From positions 6,281 to 70,280 of the forward strand of contig CAZMUJ010000088.1 in NCBI GenBank assembly GCA_964569605.1: a DNA stretch of 64,000 nt, given 5' to 3'. The first letter of the stretch is position 1. Every line of letters starts with the position of its first letter. The position numbers and the translations under genes were made by a program. Source of the DNA: an uncultured Acidobacteriota bacterium (GTDB taxonomy: Bacteria; Acidobacteriota; UBA6911; RPQK01; CBDAPI01). Positions 27,610-37,404 of this stretch are shown here, in pieces. The notes beneath the pieces are model-generated. The model saw nothing but the letters and a program-made list of their open reading frames with translations, was not told where the DNA came from and searched no databases.

Positions 27610-28623
27610 GTGCGTAAAATGAATACATATTCCGGTAATCCATCTCGAAAAGAAAAAAAGCGCCAAAATATCTCATCGGACACTGTTGATCTTTCCATCC
27701 TCATACCCGTCTTCAATGAAGTAGACAATCTTCTCCCTCTCTATAAAAGCTTAACTCGTGTGTTAGACAGTTTGAATGAATCTAGTGAAATTCTTATGGT
27801 CGATGATGGAAGTACTGATGGAAGTGTTGAGATCCTAAGAGAGTTGGAAACATCCGATAAAAGAGTCCGGGTAATAGAGTTTGTTCGCAACTTTGGTCAA
27901 ACAGCAGCCATGGCGGCTGGATTTGAAAAAGCCTTGGGTAAAGTTTTAATACCGTTGGACTCTGATCTACAAAACGATCCAGAGGAAATCCCAAGAATAC
28001 TGCGAGAACTAAGGAAGGGCTATGATGTCGTTAGCTGTTGGAGAAAACCGCGAAGGGATTCTTTTTTGAGGACTATTCTTTCAAGAGTAGCTAATTGGAT
28101 CATAAGTCAGGCGACAGGTCTTAAGTTACACGATTACGGCTGTACTCTTAAAGGATATCGTCGTGAGGTCACTGAGCACTTTCGTCTCTATGGAGAAATG
28201 CACCGCTTCATTCCAGTCTATGCAGCATGGGCTGGAGCTAAAGTTACCGAAATTACCGTATTTCACAGGCCGAGAATACACGGGAAATCAAAATATGGAA
28301 TGCTAAGAACTCTGAAGGTACCACTTGATCTTCTCACTGTTATTTTTTTGGGGAGATATTCCACAAAGCCTATGTACCTGTTTGGAGGGTTAGGAATTTT
28401 TTCATTCCTAATTGGGCTTTTTCTCTCAGCGATGACGCTCTATCAAAAGTTCTTTGAAGCTATCAAAGCACATCGCAACCCTTTGCTCTTGCTTGCCGTG
28501 TTCCTCTTTTTGGTAGGTATCCAATTGATTCTCTCAGGTCTTCTCTGTGAGCTTATGGCCCGGACTTACCACGAATCCCAAGGTAAGACTACCTATATCC
28601 TCCGAAAAAATAACAGGAAATAA
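27610..28623 (+). CDS. Polyprenyl-phosphate glycosyltransferase (GT2, ArnC/GtrB-like) with C-terminal TM helices
   Basis: LSILIPVFNEVDNL...LMVDDGSTDGS...DSDLQNDPEEIPRIL aligns closely with ArnC, and there are two C-terminal TM segments. The true start is probably an internal Met near 27619. Confidence 0.8.
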   Translation: MRKMNTYSGNPSRKEKKRQNISSDTVDLSILIPVFNEVDNLLPLYKSLTRVLDSLNESSEILMVDDGSTDGSVEILRELETSDKRVRVIEFVRNFGQTAAMAAGFEKALGKVLIPLDSDLQNDPEEIPRILRELRKGYDVVSCWRKPRRDSFLRTILSRVANWIISQATGLKLHDYGCTLKGYRREVTEHFRLYGEMHRFIPVYAAWAGAKVTEITVFHRPRIHGKSKYGMLRTLKVPLDLLTVIFLGRYSTKPMYLFGGLGIFSFLIGLFLSAMTLYQKFFEAIKAHRNPLLLLAVFLFLVGIQLILSGLLCELMARTYHESQGKTTYILRKNNRK

Positions 28624-28653
28624 TTAATAAAAAGAAAACTAGCTGGCTACCAT

Positions 28654-30111
28654 ATGAATCCCTTAACCCAGACTTTGCTTTCCTTAACTAGAAGTACTTC
28701 TGACTGGATCTGGGGTGCTCCAATGGTCATTTTTCTTTTCGGAACAGGTCTTCTACTTACCCTCATCACTGGATTCGTTCAGTTTAGAAATTTTCGAAAA
28801 GCCTTTTGGTTGGTACTCAGTGGAGTCATTGGAAAGCAAGAAGAAGAAAAAAGTGAAGGGGATATAAGTCCATTTCAAGCACTAATGACCGCCCTCTCTG
28901 CCACCGTGGGAAACGGTAACATTGCTGGCGTCGCCACAGCTATTGCCGCTGGTGGACCAGGAGCTGCATTCTGGATGTGGATAACAGCAATTTTAGGAAT
29001 GGCAACAAAATATGCTGAGGCTGTACTTGCGATTCAATTTCGAGTCAAGATGAAAGATGGAACCATGGCCGGTGGTCCTATGTATTACTGCAAGTACGGA
29101 ATCGGAGGCAATCTAGGTAAGTTCCTAGGTGTCTTTTTTGCTGCTTGCGGGGGTATCGCCACACTGTTTGGAACAGGCAATATGTTTCAATCACAGCAAA
29201 TTGCTCTTGCTGCCCAACAACAGTGGGGAATACAACCTTGGATTATGGGAGTTTTGATTAGCCTCTTGGTGGGACTTGTCATTTTAGGAGGAATCCAAAG
29301 AATAGGTGCCGTTGCAGAGAATCTAGTCCCTCTAATGATAATTTTTTATTTTTCTGGTGCAATGCTCGTAATTCTAACCAATTTGACTCAAATACCTTTT
29401 GCAATTAAAACAATCTTCATCTCCGCATTCAATCCTCAAGCCATGTTTGGAGCTGCTGTTGGGATCTCAGTACAACAAGCAATCCGTTTTGGAGTTGCAA
29501 GGGGAATACTCTCTAACGAATCTGGAATGGGAAGTGCCGCAATTGCCCACGGTGCTGCCAAAACAAGATTCCCAGTCGTCCAGGGAAGTATCGCAATGAT
29601 GGGAACCTTTATTGACACAATTGTCGTTTGTTCTCTCACTGCTATTACAATTACTGTCTCAGGAGCTTATGAGAAAGCCACTTTTTTAACTGGAAATCAG
29701 GGTCTAGGTGACTCCAATCTAACTGTTGAGGCTTTCAACCTTGGAATGCCTGCCTTGGTTTCTGGATGGGGAGGCAACGTGGTGGTGTTCGCGTCACTAA
29801 TCTTTGGTTTTACCACACTGCTAGGATGGAGCTATTATGGGCAAATCTGTGCTGAGTACCTATTTGGGATCAGAATTGTTAAATACTATCGAATTGTCTT
29901 CATCCTTCTACTCTTTTCCGGTACTCTCTTTACAGGACCCAGCGCTCCTATTGTCAAAAACATAGGTGATATTTGTAATGCAGCTATGGCATTTCCAAAT
30001 TTGATCGCGCTAATTCTCCTCAGCCGCGTGGTGTCTTCTGTCACTCGTAAGGCTTATTTAGAGAATAATCTTCGGGCAATAGTAGCAAAACCTCTGGAGG
30101 TATCAGATTAA
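28654..30111 (+). CDS. Alanine/glycine:cation symporter (AGCS) family transporter
   Basis: The N-terminus (WGAPMVIFLFGTGLLLTLITGFVQFRNFRKAF ... ISPFQALMTALSATVGNGNIAGVATAI) is characteristic of AGCS. Confidence 0.8.
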   Translation: MNPLTQTLLSLTRSTSDWIWGAPMVIFLFGTGLLLTLITGFVQFRNFRKAFWLVLSGVIGKQEEEKSEGDISPFQALMTALSATVGNGNIAGVATAIAAGGPGAAFWMWITAILGMATKYAEAVLAIQFRVKMKDGTMAGGPMYYCKYGIGGNLGKFLGVFFAACGGIATLFGTGNMFQSQQIALAAQQQWGIQPWIMGVLISLLVGLVILGGIQRIGAVAENLVPLMIIFYFSGAMLVILTNLTQIPFAIKTIFISAFNPQAMFGAAVGISVQQAIRFGVARGILSNESGMGSAAIAHGAAKTRFPVVQGSIAMMGTFIDTIVVCSLTAITITVSGAYEKATFLTGNQGLGDSNLTVEAFNLGMPALVSGWGGNVVVFASLIFGFTTLLGWSYYGQICAEYLFGIRIVKYYRIVFILLLFSGTLFTGPSAPIVKNIGDICNAAMAFPNLIALILLSRVVSSVTRKAYLENNLRAIVAKPLEVSD

Positions 30112-30192
30112 TTTAGTTTTTAAAAAGTTTGTTGATTGCTCAAATAAAACTTAATCCTGTAAATCAGAATCATAGAAATTCAGAAAATAGAT

Positions 30193-31065
30193 ATGTCAAA
30201 ACATCCGGATCTTTATGAAGAAATTGTACGTCTTCGACAAAAGGGTGAACCAGCGGCCTTAGCCACTATAATTAGCCATACTGGTAGCACTCCCCGCAAG
30301 GACTCCGCTAAGATGCTTATCCTACGCGATGGAACATTTATTGGGTCAGTAGGAGGCGGGTGTGTTGAAGCTCAAGCATGGCAAACAGCTTCTGAAGTCA
30401 TAGAGACAAGGCGTAGTAAAGTTCTTAAATACAAGATGACTAATGAAGATGTTGAAGAAGATGGCCTGGTGTGCGGAGGAAGTGTTGAAATTTTCATAGA
30501 ACCAATAATGAGTAGAACTCAGCTTGTCATTCTTGGAGCAGGTCATGTAGGTCAATCTATTTGCCATCTGACCAGTCTCATTGATTTTCGTGTCACGGTA
30601 ATAGATGACCGAGAGGATTTTGTATCTAAAGAACGATTTCCCGAGGCAGAAAGGCGTCTAATACGCCCTTTTAAAGAAAGTCTGGACGACTTAAAACTGA
30701 TGCCAGATAGTCTGATTTTAGTCGTTACTAGAGGTCATAGTCATGATCAGCAGGCATTGGAAACTGCACTGGCACAAAAAATTCGCTATATCGGACTGAT
30801 TGGAAGCAGGAGAAAAATTAAACTACTGGTGGAAAACTTACTTGAGAAAGGCTACCCACCCGAGCACTTCAGTCATCTCTATGCGCCCATTGGCTTAGAC
30901 ATTGGCTCTGAAACTCCTGGTGAAATAGCAGTAAGTGTCGCTGCTGAGCTCATAGCCATTCGAAAGGGAACCCACCAGCTCAACTCCAAACAAGAGTTCA
31001 TTCATAATTATCTTTCCCAGCTCAAGACAGCCCCTTCACAGAAGACTCCTTGTACAGCTTCCTAA
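30193..31065 (+). CDS. XdhC/CoxI-family accessory protein
   Basis: The XdhC N-domain (ALATIISHTGSTPRKDSAKMLI...GSVGGGCVEAQ) plus a Rossmann-like C-domain (LVILGAGHVGQSICHLTSLIDFRVTVIDDRE). Confidence 0.7.
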   Translation: MSKHPDLYEEIVRLRQKGEPAALATIISHTGSTPRKDSAKMLILRDGTFIGSVGGGCVEAQAWQTASEVIETRRSKVLKYKMTNEDVEEDGLVCGGSVEIFIEPIMSRTQLVILGAGHVGQSICHLTSLIDFRVTVIDDREDFVSKERFPEAERRLIRPFKESLDDLKLMPDSLILVVTRGHSHDQQALETALAQKIRYIGLIGSRRKIKLLVENLLEKGYPPEHFSHLYAPIGLDIGSETPGEIAVSVAAELIAIRKGTHQLNSKQEFIHNYLSQLKTAPSQKTPCTAS

Positions 31066-31774
31066 CCTCCTTAGTAGTTAAATGCCTTGATTCTCCAGGT
31101 TTTAGGCCATTTATACTAAGAGAACCAATAGCCACACGTCGCAGCCGAATCACCGGGTTACGAATTTGGGCAAACATTCTTCGAATTTGGCGATTTTTTC
31201 CTTGCCGAAGCTTCACAACTAGCCAAGAGTTATTACCTTCCTTAAATACCCTAATAAAACAAGGAGAAAATTTTTGACCGCTGAGTCGAATTCCTCTTCT
31301 TAACATATTAAGTTGAGATTCGGAGGGGATTCCCCTCACCTTAATCTGATACTTTTTCTCCACTCCTCCAGCTCTGGTTAGGCGTCTGCTTAACTCACCG
31401 TCGTTAGTCAAAATTATTAAGCCCTCACTCAAATAGTCTAACCTTCCAATCGGATAGATACGTACTTTTGGATTAAGAAAATCAACAACTACTCTACGCC
31501 CTTTTTCATCCATTACCGAAGATAGCACTTTACGCGGTTTATTTAGAACATAGTACTCCAGTCTCTGGACATGGATCAGCTTTCCATCAACCTTAACGTG
31601 ATCCTTATGGGGGTCAACTCGTGCACCCAGTTCCTTAACTAAAGAACCGTTAACTCGCACTCTTCCAGACAGGATCAGAAATTCTGCTTTTCGACGGGAA
31701 GTCACGCCTGCCCTTGCAATAACTTTTTGTATTCTCTCCCTTTTTCTTAATGGAGAGCCACTCACATCAACCAT
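31022..31774 (-). CDS. rluB: rRNA pseudouridine synthase (RsuA/RluB family)
   Basis: An S4 domain (RIQKVIARAGVTSRRKAEFLILSGRVRVNG) plus the catalytic motif GRLDYLSEGLIILTNDGEL. Confidence 0.75.
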   Translation of the reverse strand: MVDVSGSPLRKRERIQKVIARAGVTSRRKAEFLILSGRVRVNGSLVKELGARVDPHKDHVKVDGKLIHVQRLEYYVLNKPRKVLSSVMDEKGRRVVVDFLNPKVRIYPIGRLDYLSEGLIILTNDGELSRRLTRAGGVEKKYQIKVRGIPSESQLNMLRRGIRLSGQKFSPCFIRVFKEGNNSWLVVKLRQGKNRQIRRMFAQIRNPVIRLRRVAIGSLSINGLKPGESRHLTTKEVRKLYKESSVKGLS

Positions 31775-31901
31775 CTATTAACAAAGCCCCATAGACAGTA
31801 TCACTGCTAGTTAATTAAAGGAAAAGTTTTGTATAACACATCCTGTACAGGAAGAAGAGGATATGAGCATCAGAACTGCTTGACATTTTTCGAACTGAAA
31901 A

Positions 31902-32480
31902 CTAAGCAAGGTCTTCGAGGATATCATGAAATTCTTCGAGAGTAGGGAGATCCTGAAGATCAGAAAGGCCGAAGTGCAAGAGAAAATCACGAGTTGTCCC
32001 GTACATAATAGGCTTACCGACCACCTTCCGACGACCACGAGTTTCAATCAGACGCTTTTCCAATAGGGTCCGAATCGTAGTTGTGCTTTTAATACCTCGG
32101 ATTTCCATAATCTCAGGAAGAGTAATTGGCTGCTTGTAAGCAATCACGGAAAGGGTCTCGAGAGCAGCCAATGAGAGTTTAGCAGTTGGCTTAGTTTTTA
32201 GATAGGCGCTTACAACCTGATGATATTCAGGTCTAGTTGTAATACGGTAGCCTCCTGCTATTTCTCTAACTTCCATAGCAGGAATTAGATTCCTAAATTC
32301 TTGGATTAAGGAATCTAGTGCATCTGTGAGTTCTGGCTCGGAAAGATCTCTAAAAACGTCTAATAATTCCCTTGTCGTTACAGGGTCTCGGGCAGCAAAG
32401 AGAATAGCCACAAGCTGATTACTCAGCTCTTTTTTCAACATGCTACTATCCGAATATCCTCGAAAACACCATTCTGACAC
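31902..32480 (-). CDS. scpB: Segregation and condensation protein B
   Basis: ScpB winged-helix pattern (QLVAILFAARDPVTTRELLDVF ... LETLSVIAYKQPITLPEIMEIRG). Overlaps scpA. Confidence 0.7.
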   Translation of the reverse strand: MSEWCFRGYSDSSMLKKELSNQLVAILFAARDPVTTRELLDVFRDLSEPELTDALDSLIQEFRNLIPAMEVREIAGGYRITTRPEYHQVVSAYLKTKPTAKLSLAALETLSVIAYKQPITLPEIMEIRGIKSTTTIRTLLEKRLIETRGRRKVVGKPIMYGTTRDFLLHFGLSDLQDLPTLEEFHDILEDLA

Positions 32481-33184
32481 AGCTTAATTTCATTGATTCG
32501 AACCAACTCCAGAAGGGCTACAAAAGTTACAACAAGATGACGTTTTGAAAGCTTTTTTTTGAAAAAAAAGGAAAAAAAGAACTCGCTTTGAACACTAAGA
32601 AGTTTTCTGACTTCCCTAATTTTACTTTCTAAGGTCACTGTCTCCCTATCTACTTCTAAAATTATGTCTTCCTTAAAACGCTCCACTAAATTGTGAAACG
32701 ATTTGACAAGATCAAACACTGTTGCTGAAACTGCCTCTTTTTCTTCTTTTTCAAATTCGCATTCACCCCTAGGCCATACGGCAAGTTCTACTGTTTCTCT
32801 AGAATACAGAGCTTGGGCAGCACTTTTAAACTTCTCGTGCTCAAGAAGACTTTCCACCAATTCTCTACGCGGATCCTCTACAGAATCTTCTTCGTGTCTT
32901 TCCTTTTCATCAACAGGTAGAAGAGTTCTCGACTTGATTAGAATCAAGTTAGATGCCATAAGCAAATACTCACCAGCTAAGTTAACATTTAAGTCTTTCA
33001 TCACCTTTAGATAATCAAGATACTGATCCGTAACAGTTGAGATAGGAATATCATATATGTCGAGTTCTTGAACACGAATGAGATGAAGAAGAAGGTCAAG
33101 AGGGCCCTCAAAAACCTTCAATTGAACTCTGTAGTCAAAGACAGCCTGACGAGGCTTCATGACTTTTCCAGATTGAGACACCAT
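32435..33184 (-). CDS. scpA: Segregation and condensation protein A (kleisin)
   Basis: The ScpA N-terminus is FEGPLDLLLHLIRVQELDIYDIPISTVTDQYLDYL. Confidence 0.75.
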   Translation of the reverse strand: MVSQSGKVMKPRQAVFDYRVQLKVFEGPLDLLLHLIRVQELDIYDIPISTVTDQYLDYLKVMKDLNVNLAGEYLLMASNLILIKSRTLLPVDEKERHEEDSVEDPRRELVESLLEHEKFKSAAQALYSRETVELAVWPRGECEFEKEEKEAVSATVFDLVKSFHNLVERFKEDIILEVDRETVTLESKIREVRKLLSVQSEFFFSFFFKKKLSKRHLVVTFVALLELVRINEIKLCQNGVFEDIRIVAC

Positions 33185-33208
33185 GAAATAAACAATTTTA
33201 GCCTACAG

Positions 33209-34246
33209 TCAATACTTTAACTGCATGGCCTGACGCACTTTATCGAGTGTTTGACAAGCTATTTCTCGAGCTCTCTTGCTTCCCTCTCTTAGAACTTCAA
33301 TTACTGATGCACGATCTTTCTGTAAATCCTTTCGACGGCTCGCTACGGGCTCAATTTTGGGAAGCATTCCCTCTAACAAGAGTTTCTTACAATCAAAACA
33401 TCCAATTCCTGCTGAAGTACAACCCTCAACAACCCATTTTTTCCCTTCAGTATGTGTGAATACCTTATGTAGGTCATAGACAGGACAGATTAAAGGATTA
33501 CCAGGATCGGTCCGTTTGACACGAGCGGGATCCGTTATCATAGGCATGATTTTCTTTTTGATTCTTCCTGGGTCATCAGACAATCGGATTTCATTACGAT
33601 AACTCTTACTCATTTTACGCCCGTCTGTTCCTGGTAATCGTGGGGCCTGGGTCATTAAAGCTTGAGGCTCAGAAAAAACCCTCTTAAATAAGTAATTAAA
33701 TCGACGGGCTACTTCGCGGGTCATCTCCACATGAGAAACTTGATCTTCTCCTACAGGTATAACATCGGCTTGATAAATCAAGATGTCAGCTGCCTGCAAA
33801 AGAGGATATCCAAGGAATCCAAATGTAGAAAGGTCCTTACTTTTGAGCTGTTGGATTTGTTCTTTGTATGTTGGGACACGTTCCAACCAAGGCACAGGGC
33901 AGATCATTCCCAACATAAGTTGCAATTCAGCATGTTCTGGCACCATTGACTGAATCATCAAAATAGATTTTTTAGGATCCAGTCCAGCTGCTAGCCAATC
34001 AAGACCAATCTCAATGATATTGTGGGAAATTTTTTCAACATTTTGGTACTCGGTTGTAAGAGCATGCCAATCAACAATCCCGTAGATACAATCGAATTCG
34101 TCCTGCATGTCAACCCAATTCTCAAGCGCTCCAACTAGGTGTCCTAGATGAAGTGGACCAGTTGGTCGCATCGCACTAAAAACTTTCTTCTTCATAACTT
34201 CAGCTTTATAAATCCAATGGTTCCCTGATGGCAAGTTCAACGACAA
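33209..34246 (-). CDS. trpS: Tryptophan--tRNA ligase
   Basis: Class I aaRS HIGH (PTGPLHLGHLVG) and KMSKS motifs, with a TrpS-like overall pattern. The real start is probably the internal MKKKVF. Confidence 0.9.
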   Translation of the reverse strand: MSLNLPSGNHWIYKAEVMKKKVFSAMRPTGPLHLGHLVGALENWVDMQDEFDCIYGIVDWHALTTEYQNVEKISHNIIEIGLDWLAAGLDPKKSILMIQSMVPEHAELQLMLGMICPVPWLERVPTYKEQIQQLKSKDLSTFGFLGYPLLQAADILIYQADVIPVGEDQVSHVEMTREVARRFNYLFKRVFSEPQALMTQAPRLPGTDGRKMSKSYRNEIRLSDDPGRIKKKIMPMITDPARVKRTDPGNPLICPVYDLHKVFTHTEGKKWVVEGCTSAGIGCFDCKKLLLEGMLPKIEPVASRRKDLQKDRASVIEVLREGSKRAREIACQTLDKVRQAMQLKY

Positions 34247-34423
34247 GCAAGGAATCTAATTAAAAATTTGCAGTGCTACCTGTTAAGTCTAAAACAAAAT
34301 TCCAACTTGAAAAGCAAGAAATTGATGGTGTTATTTAAATCACCTGCTGAATCAATATTTTACTCCACTCTCCCAAATCTCCTAATTTAAACTTTGTGCA
34401 TGTCATTTAGAATTCGTTCAAAA

Positions 34424-35095
34424 TCAGAAGCCCTGAGGGACCATCTCACGAACTAGAACCAAGATTGTTTCAATGACAGATCCGAAGATACCAGTTAGCA
34501 ATAGCATTAGAAGTAAAAGAAATCCATAGGGACGAAAAAACTCAACTACTACGGTCAACTTTTCAGGAAGAATACCCTGAAGAATCCAACTTCCATCTAG
34601 TGGTGGAATTGGAAAAAGATTAAAGACAGCCAAGATCACATTCAAAATCAAACCCCAATAAAATATCGTGAAGAGATGGACCAGAATAAATTGAGAGGAG
34701 ATCTCATCGAGACTTAAAAACCAACTGAACAAATACAGTCCGACTAGACAAACAAGGGCTTGCAAAATGTTACTCACCGGTCCAGCTGCCGCAATTAAAA
34801 GGTGGTCCTGGCGTGGATTTTTCAAATTTTGAACATTGACCGGAACTGGTTTTGCCCAACCGAACACCACACCTCCGAAGCCCAAATATCCGAATAGCAG
34901 CCCAAATAATGGGAAAAGCACTGTTCCTACTAAATCAATATGAACAATAGGGTTTAGAGAAACCCTACCCTGAGAGTGAGCTGTAGGGTCTCCCAAAGCC
35001 CTTGCCGACCAGGCATGTGCTGCCTCGTGAATCGTAAGAGCAACAATTAGAACAAATAGGGTGATGAAGATATGAGTCAGGCTGACATTTTCCAC
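34424..35095 (-). CDS. Site-2 protease family (peptidase M50) membrane metalloprotease, small form
   Basis: HEAAHAWSARALGD (HExxH within a TM helix) on a polytopic membrane protein. Confidence 0.6.
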   Translation of the reverse strand: MENVSLTHIFITLFVLIVALTIHEAAHAWSARALGDPTAHSQGRVSLNPIVHIDLVGTVLFPLFGLLFGYLGFGGVVFGWAKPVPVNVQNLKNPRQDHLLIAAAGPVSNILQALVCLVGLYLFSWFLSLDEISSQFILVHLFTIFYWGLILNVILAVFNLFPIPPLDGSWILQGILPEKLTVVVEFFRPYGFLLLLMLLLTGIFGSVIETILVLVREMVPQGF

Positions 35096-35185
35096 TGGAT
35101 CATAGTAGCATGCGCCACTTCCGTAATTGAGTTTTAAGAATTGAGAAAATAATCAATTTAACATGCCCATCCATAAAGCCAATTT

Positions 35186-36037
35186 CTACCTCTCAAACTT
35201 AACTCGAACCACAATTTCGGATCCAGTTGTTTTTCCCTGGGAAACTGCTGGTAGAAATACCCAGGAATTTTCAACTACCTCAATCGCAATCTGATCTAGT
35301 TCCGACGACAGGCCCTCTTCTATCGATGGATTTTTGATGCCACCCAAGGAAGTTAGTTGAAGGCGCACTGCAACCACCACGGGATCGGGAAAATGGTAAA
35401 ATTTGGGGGTAAGCCTAGGAGAGGGATTTTTGTACACAACTGGGGGAACAACTTCCTTTTTTTCTAAAAGAGAAGCAACTGGAGTGGCTTCAGAACTTCC
35501 AATGCGTAGAAGCCTTCCAAGTCCATGCTTGAAGCCTGCATCGTAGAGAGATAGGGTCGTATGTTCCGTTTTTAAACTTATCCTGCCTATCAAGTTTGAG
35601 AACCTTTCAAATGTCTCTGGAGCCTGTGGTTCCAATTCTAATAATTTAGATCCCACTCTAAGATAGGCAGAATTAACAAAAGATAAAAAACGAAAATTAC
35701 CCAATACGGAATATCCCATATAATCTTTCGGAGCTATTAATTCAGTAACCTGGAACATTTGCCCTTTTGCATCCGTCTCATCTCGTTTAAATAAATGAGA
35801 TCGATAGCTTTGTCCCGCGGAATCAATGATCAGAACATTATTTGATTCTAGCAACTGAAAATTGCTACCAAGATTAATGTAGTTAAGAATAGCCTCTCCC
35901 TCATCAAGAATCTCCAGAGCTACTATCCTTTGATCTGAAACATATAGAAAATGGTGATAACCCTCCTCTGAAAGATTTCCCGAAGTGAAGCAAACAGACA
36001 GTATAAAAACTCCAAAACAGAATAATTTCTTGCGCAT
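35186..36037 (-). CDS. Hypothetical exported protein with TonB-C-terminal-like domain
   Basis: N-terminal signal/anchor. The C-terminal ~80 aa (VVAVRLQL...LDQIAIEVVENSWVFLPA...IVVRVKFE) resemble the TonB C-terminal fold. This is tentative. Confidence 0.35.
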   Translation of the reverse strand: MRKKLFCFGVFILSVCFTSGNLSEEGYHHFLYVSDQRIVALEILDEGEAILNYINLGSNFQLLESNNVLIIDSAGQSYRSHLFKRDETDAKGQMFQVTELIAPKDYMGYSVLGNFRFLSFVNSAYLRVGSKLLELEPQAPETFERFSNLIGRISLKTEHTTLSLYDAGFKHGLGRLLRIGSSEATPVASLLEKKEVVPPVVYKNPSPRLTPKFYHFPDPVVVAVRLQLTSLGGIKNPSIEEGLSSELDQIAIEVVENSWVFLPAVSQGKTTGSEIVVRVKFER

Positions 36038-36280
36038 CCAACACCCTCTATACCCTTAAGTGTTTCATTGAAATAGTAAGTTAATTATTGTTTTATAGAT
36101 ATTTAAATACATTTACTTAATACATCACATTAAACAAGGAATCTAGTTCTACTTAAATCGCTAGTAAAAATCATCCAACACTTGTGACTAATCAAAGACT
36201 AGGCTAAATGCTCTCCAAAAAAACCGTTCTTGGATTTTTGATCCATAGCGCTAATGTCTTGGAAAACTTTCTCTAAAAAA

Positions 36281-37183
36281 TTAATCTGCCAGTTTCTTGG
36301 GACTATTTTTAGAAGACAATTGCTGCAATACCTTTGCCAAAACCTGAGTGCCTTCACGTCCATCTCCCATCGCCTGAGCAGCCGACATCAACTGCCGCAC
36401 AAGTGCTGTTCCCATCAGTGAAGCCTGGGATTCATACCCAGCTTGAAGGACCAAACCCAAATCTTTTTGAAGTAAATCCACCATAAATCCTGGATCATAG
36501 TTAGCCTTAGCAATCGAAGGTCCAAGATTAGAAAGTTGCCAGCTTCCTGCAGCCCCACCTTGAATAGCTTTAATCATGACATCGCAATCCAGTCCACTCC
36601 TCTTAGCAAAAAGGCTAGCTTCACAAACTCCTAACAAAGTAACAGACACCAAAATCTGGTTGCAAAGCTTGGTTAACTGTCCATGACCAACCGGTCCACA
36701 ATGAGTAATAGTGGAGCCCAAAACCTCAAACACTGGTTTAATCCTTTCGAAATCAGATGAAGAAGCTCCTACCATAATAGCTAGGGTTCCCTTCTGAGCT
36801 CCTACATCTCCTCCAGAAACAGGTGCATCCACAAGAGAGCAATCAACTTCCTTCAGCTTCATGTTCAGGGTTTTTTCCATTGCTGGAGCAATAGTGCTCA
36901 TATCAACAACAACTGATCCTGGTTTAATTCCTTTTATTATTCCTCTTTGACCCAAAACTACTTCCTTCACATCGGGTGTGTCAGAAACCATTGTAATGAT
37001 GATGTCGCTTTCACAAGCGACTTTGGAAGGGTCCTCAGCTTCTTTAGCTCCTGCCTTGAGCAGCGACGTCATCTTAGAACGCGTCCGATTGTAGACAGTG
37101 ATTGGGTATCCGCTCTGGAGAATGTGACCTGCCATAGGTCTTCCCATAATTCCTAAACCAATAAATCCAATTCTTTGCTTCAT
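36281..37183 (-). CDS. NAD(P)-dependent 3-hydroxyisobutyrate dehydrogenase-family oxidoreductase
   Basis: The Rossmann N-terminus is RIGFIGLGIMGRPMAGHIL. Total length 300 aa. Confidence 0.75.
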   Translation of the reverse strand: MKQRIGFIGLGIMGRPMAGHILQSGYPITVYNRTRSKMTSLLKAGAKEAEDPSKVACESDIIITMVSDTPDVKEVVLGQRGIIKGIKPGSVVVDMSTIAPAMEKTLNMKLKEVDCSLVDAPVSGGDVGAQKGTLAIMVGASSSDFERIKPVFEVLGSTITHCGPVGHGQLTKLCNQILVSVTLLGVCEASLFAKRSGLDCDVMIKAIQGGAAGSWQLSNLGPSIAKANYDPGFMVDLLQKDLGLVLQAGYESQASLMGTALVRQLMSAAQAMGDGREGTQVLAKVLQQLSSKNSPKKLAD

Positions 37184-37404
37184 GACACTCCTTCTGTTCT
37201 TGTATCTCTTGAAAAGTGTAGTCGGAACCTCTTAGGGTAAAGAAGAACACGACTAAATTCATATATCCCTGTTGCTTGAGGATAGACCATAAAATAAGAT
37301 GACTTTCTTTATTCTAGAGATAAGGTTTCTACTTACCAGACCTTGCTCACTGTTCTGAAACAGCTTGATCATAATAGAATAAGCAAGAGAGAGGAGTATA
37401 CACG

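Noticed and set aside
27413-27676. 87-aa minus-strand ORF and 66-aa plus-strand ORF in the gap between the ArnT-like and ArnC-like genes
   Set aside because: The N-terminal third of the 87-aa ORF is antisense to the well-supported GT2 N-terminus, and there are no recognisable motifs. It is probably spurious, though a small protein in the 278-bp gap cannot be excluded.
32521-32590. Long poly(T)/poly(A) tracts (tttttttttgaaaaaaaaggaaaaaaag) inside the scpA reading frame, considered as a slippery or frameshift site or a terminator
   Set aside because: The minus-strand reading frame passes through intact, coding a Phe/Lys-rich segment (SFFFKKKLSKR). There is no evidence of a frameshift.
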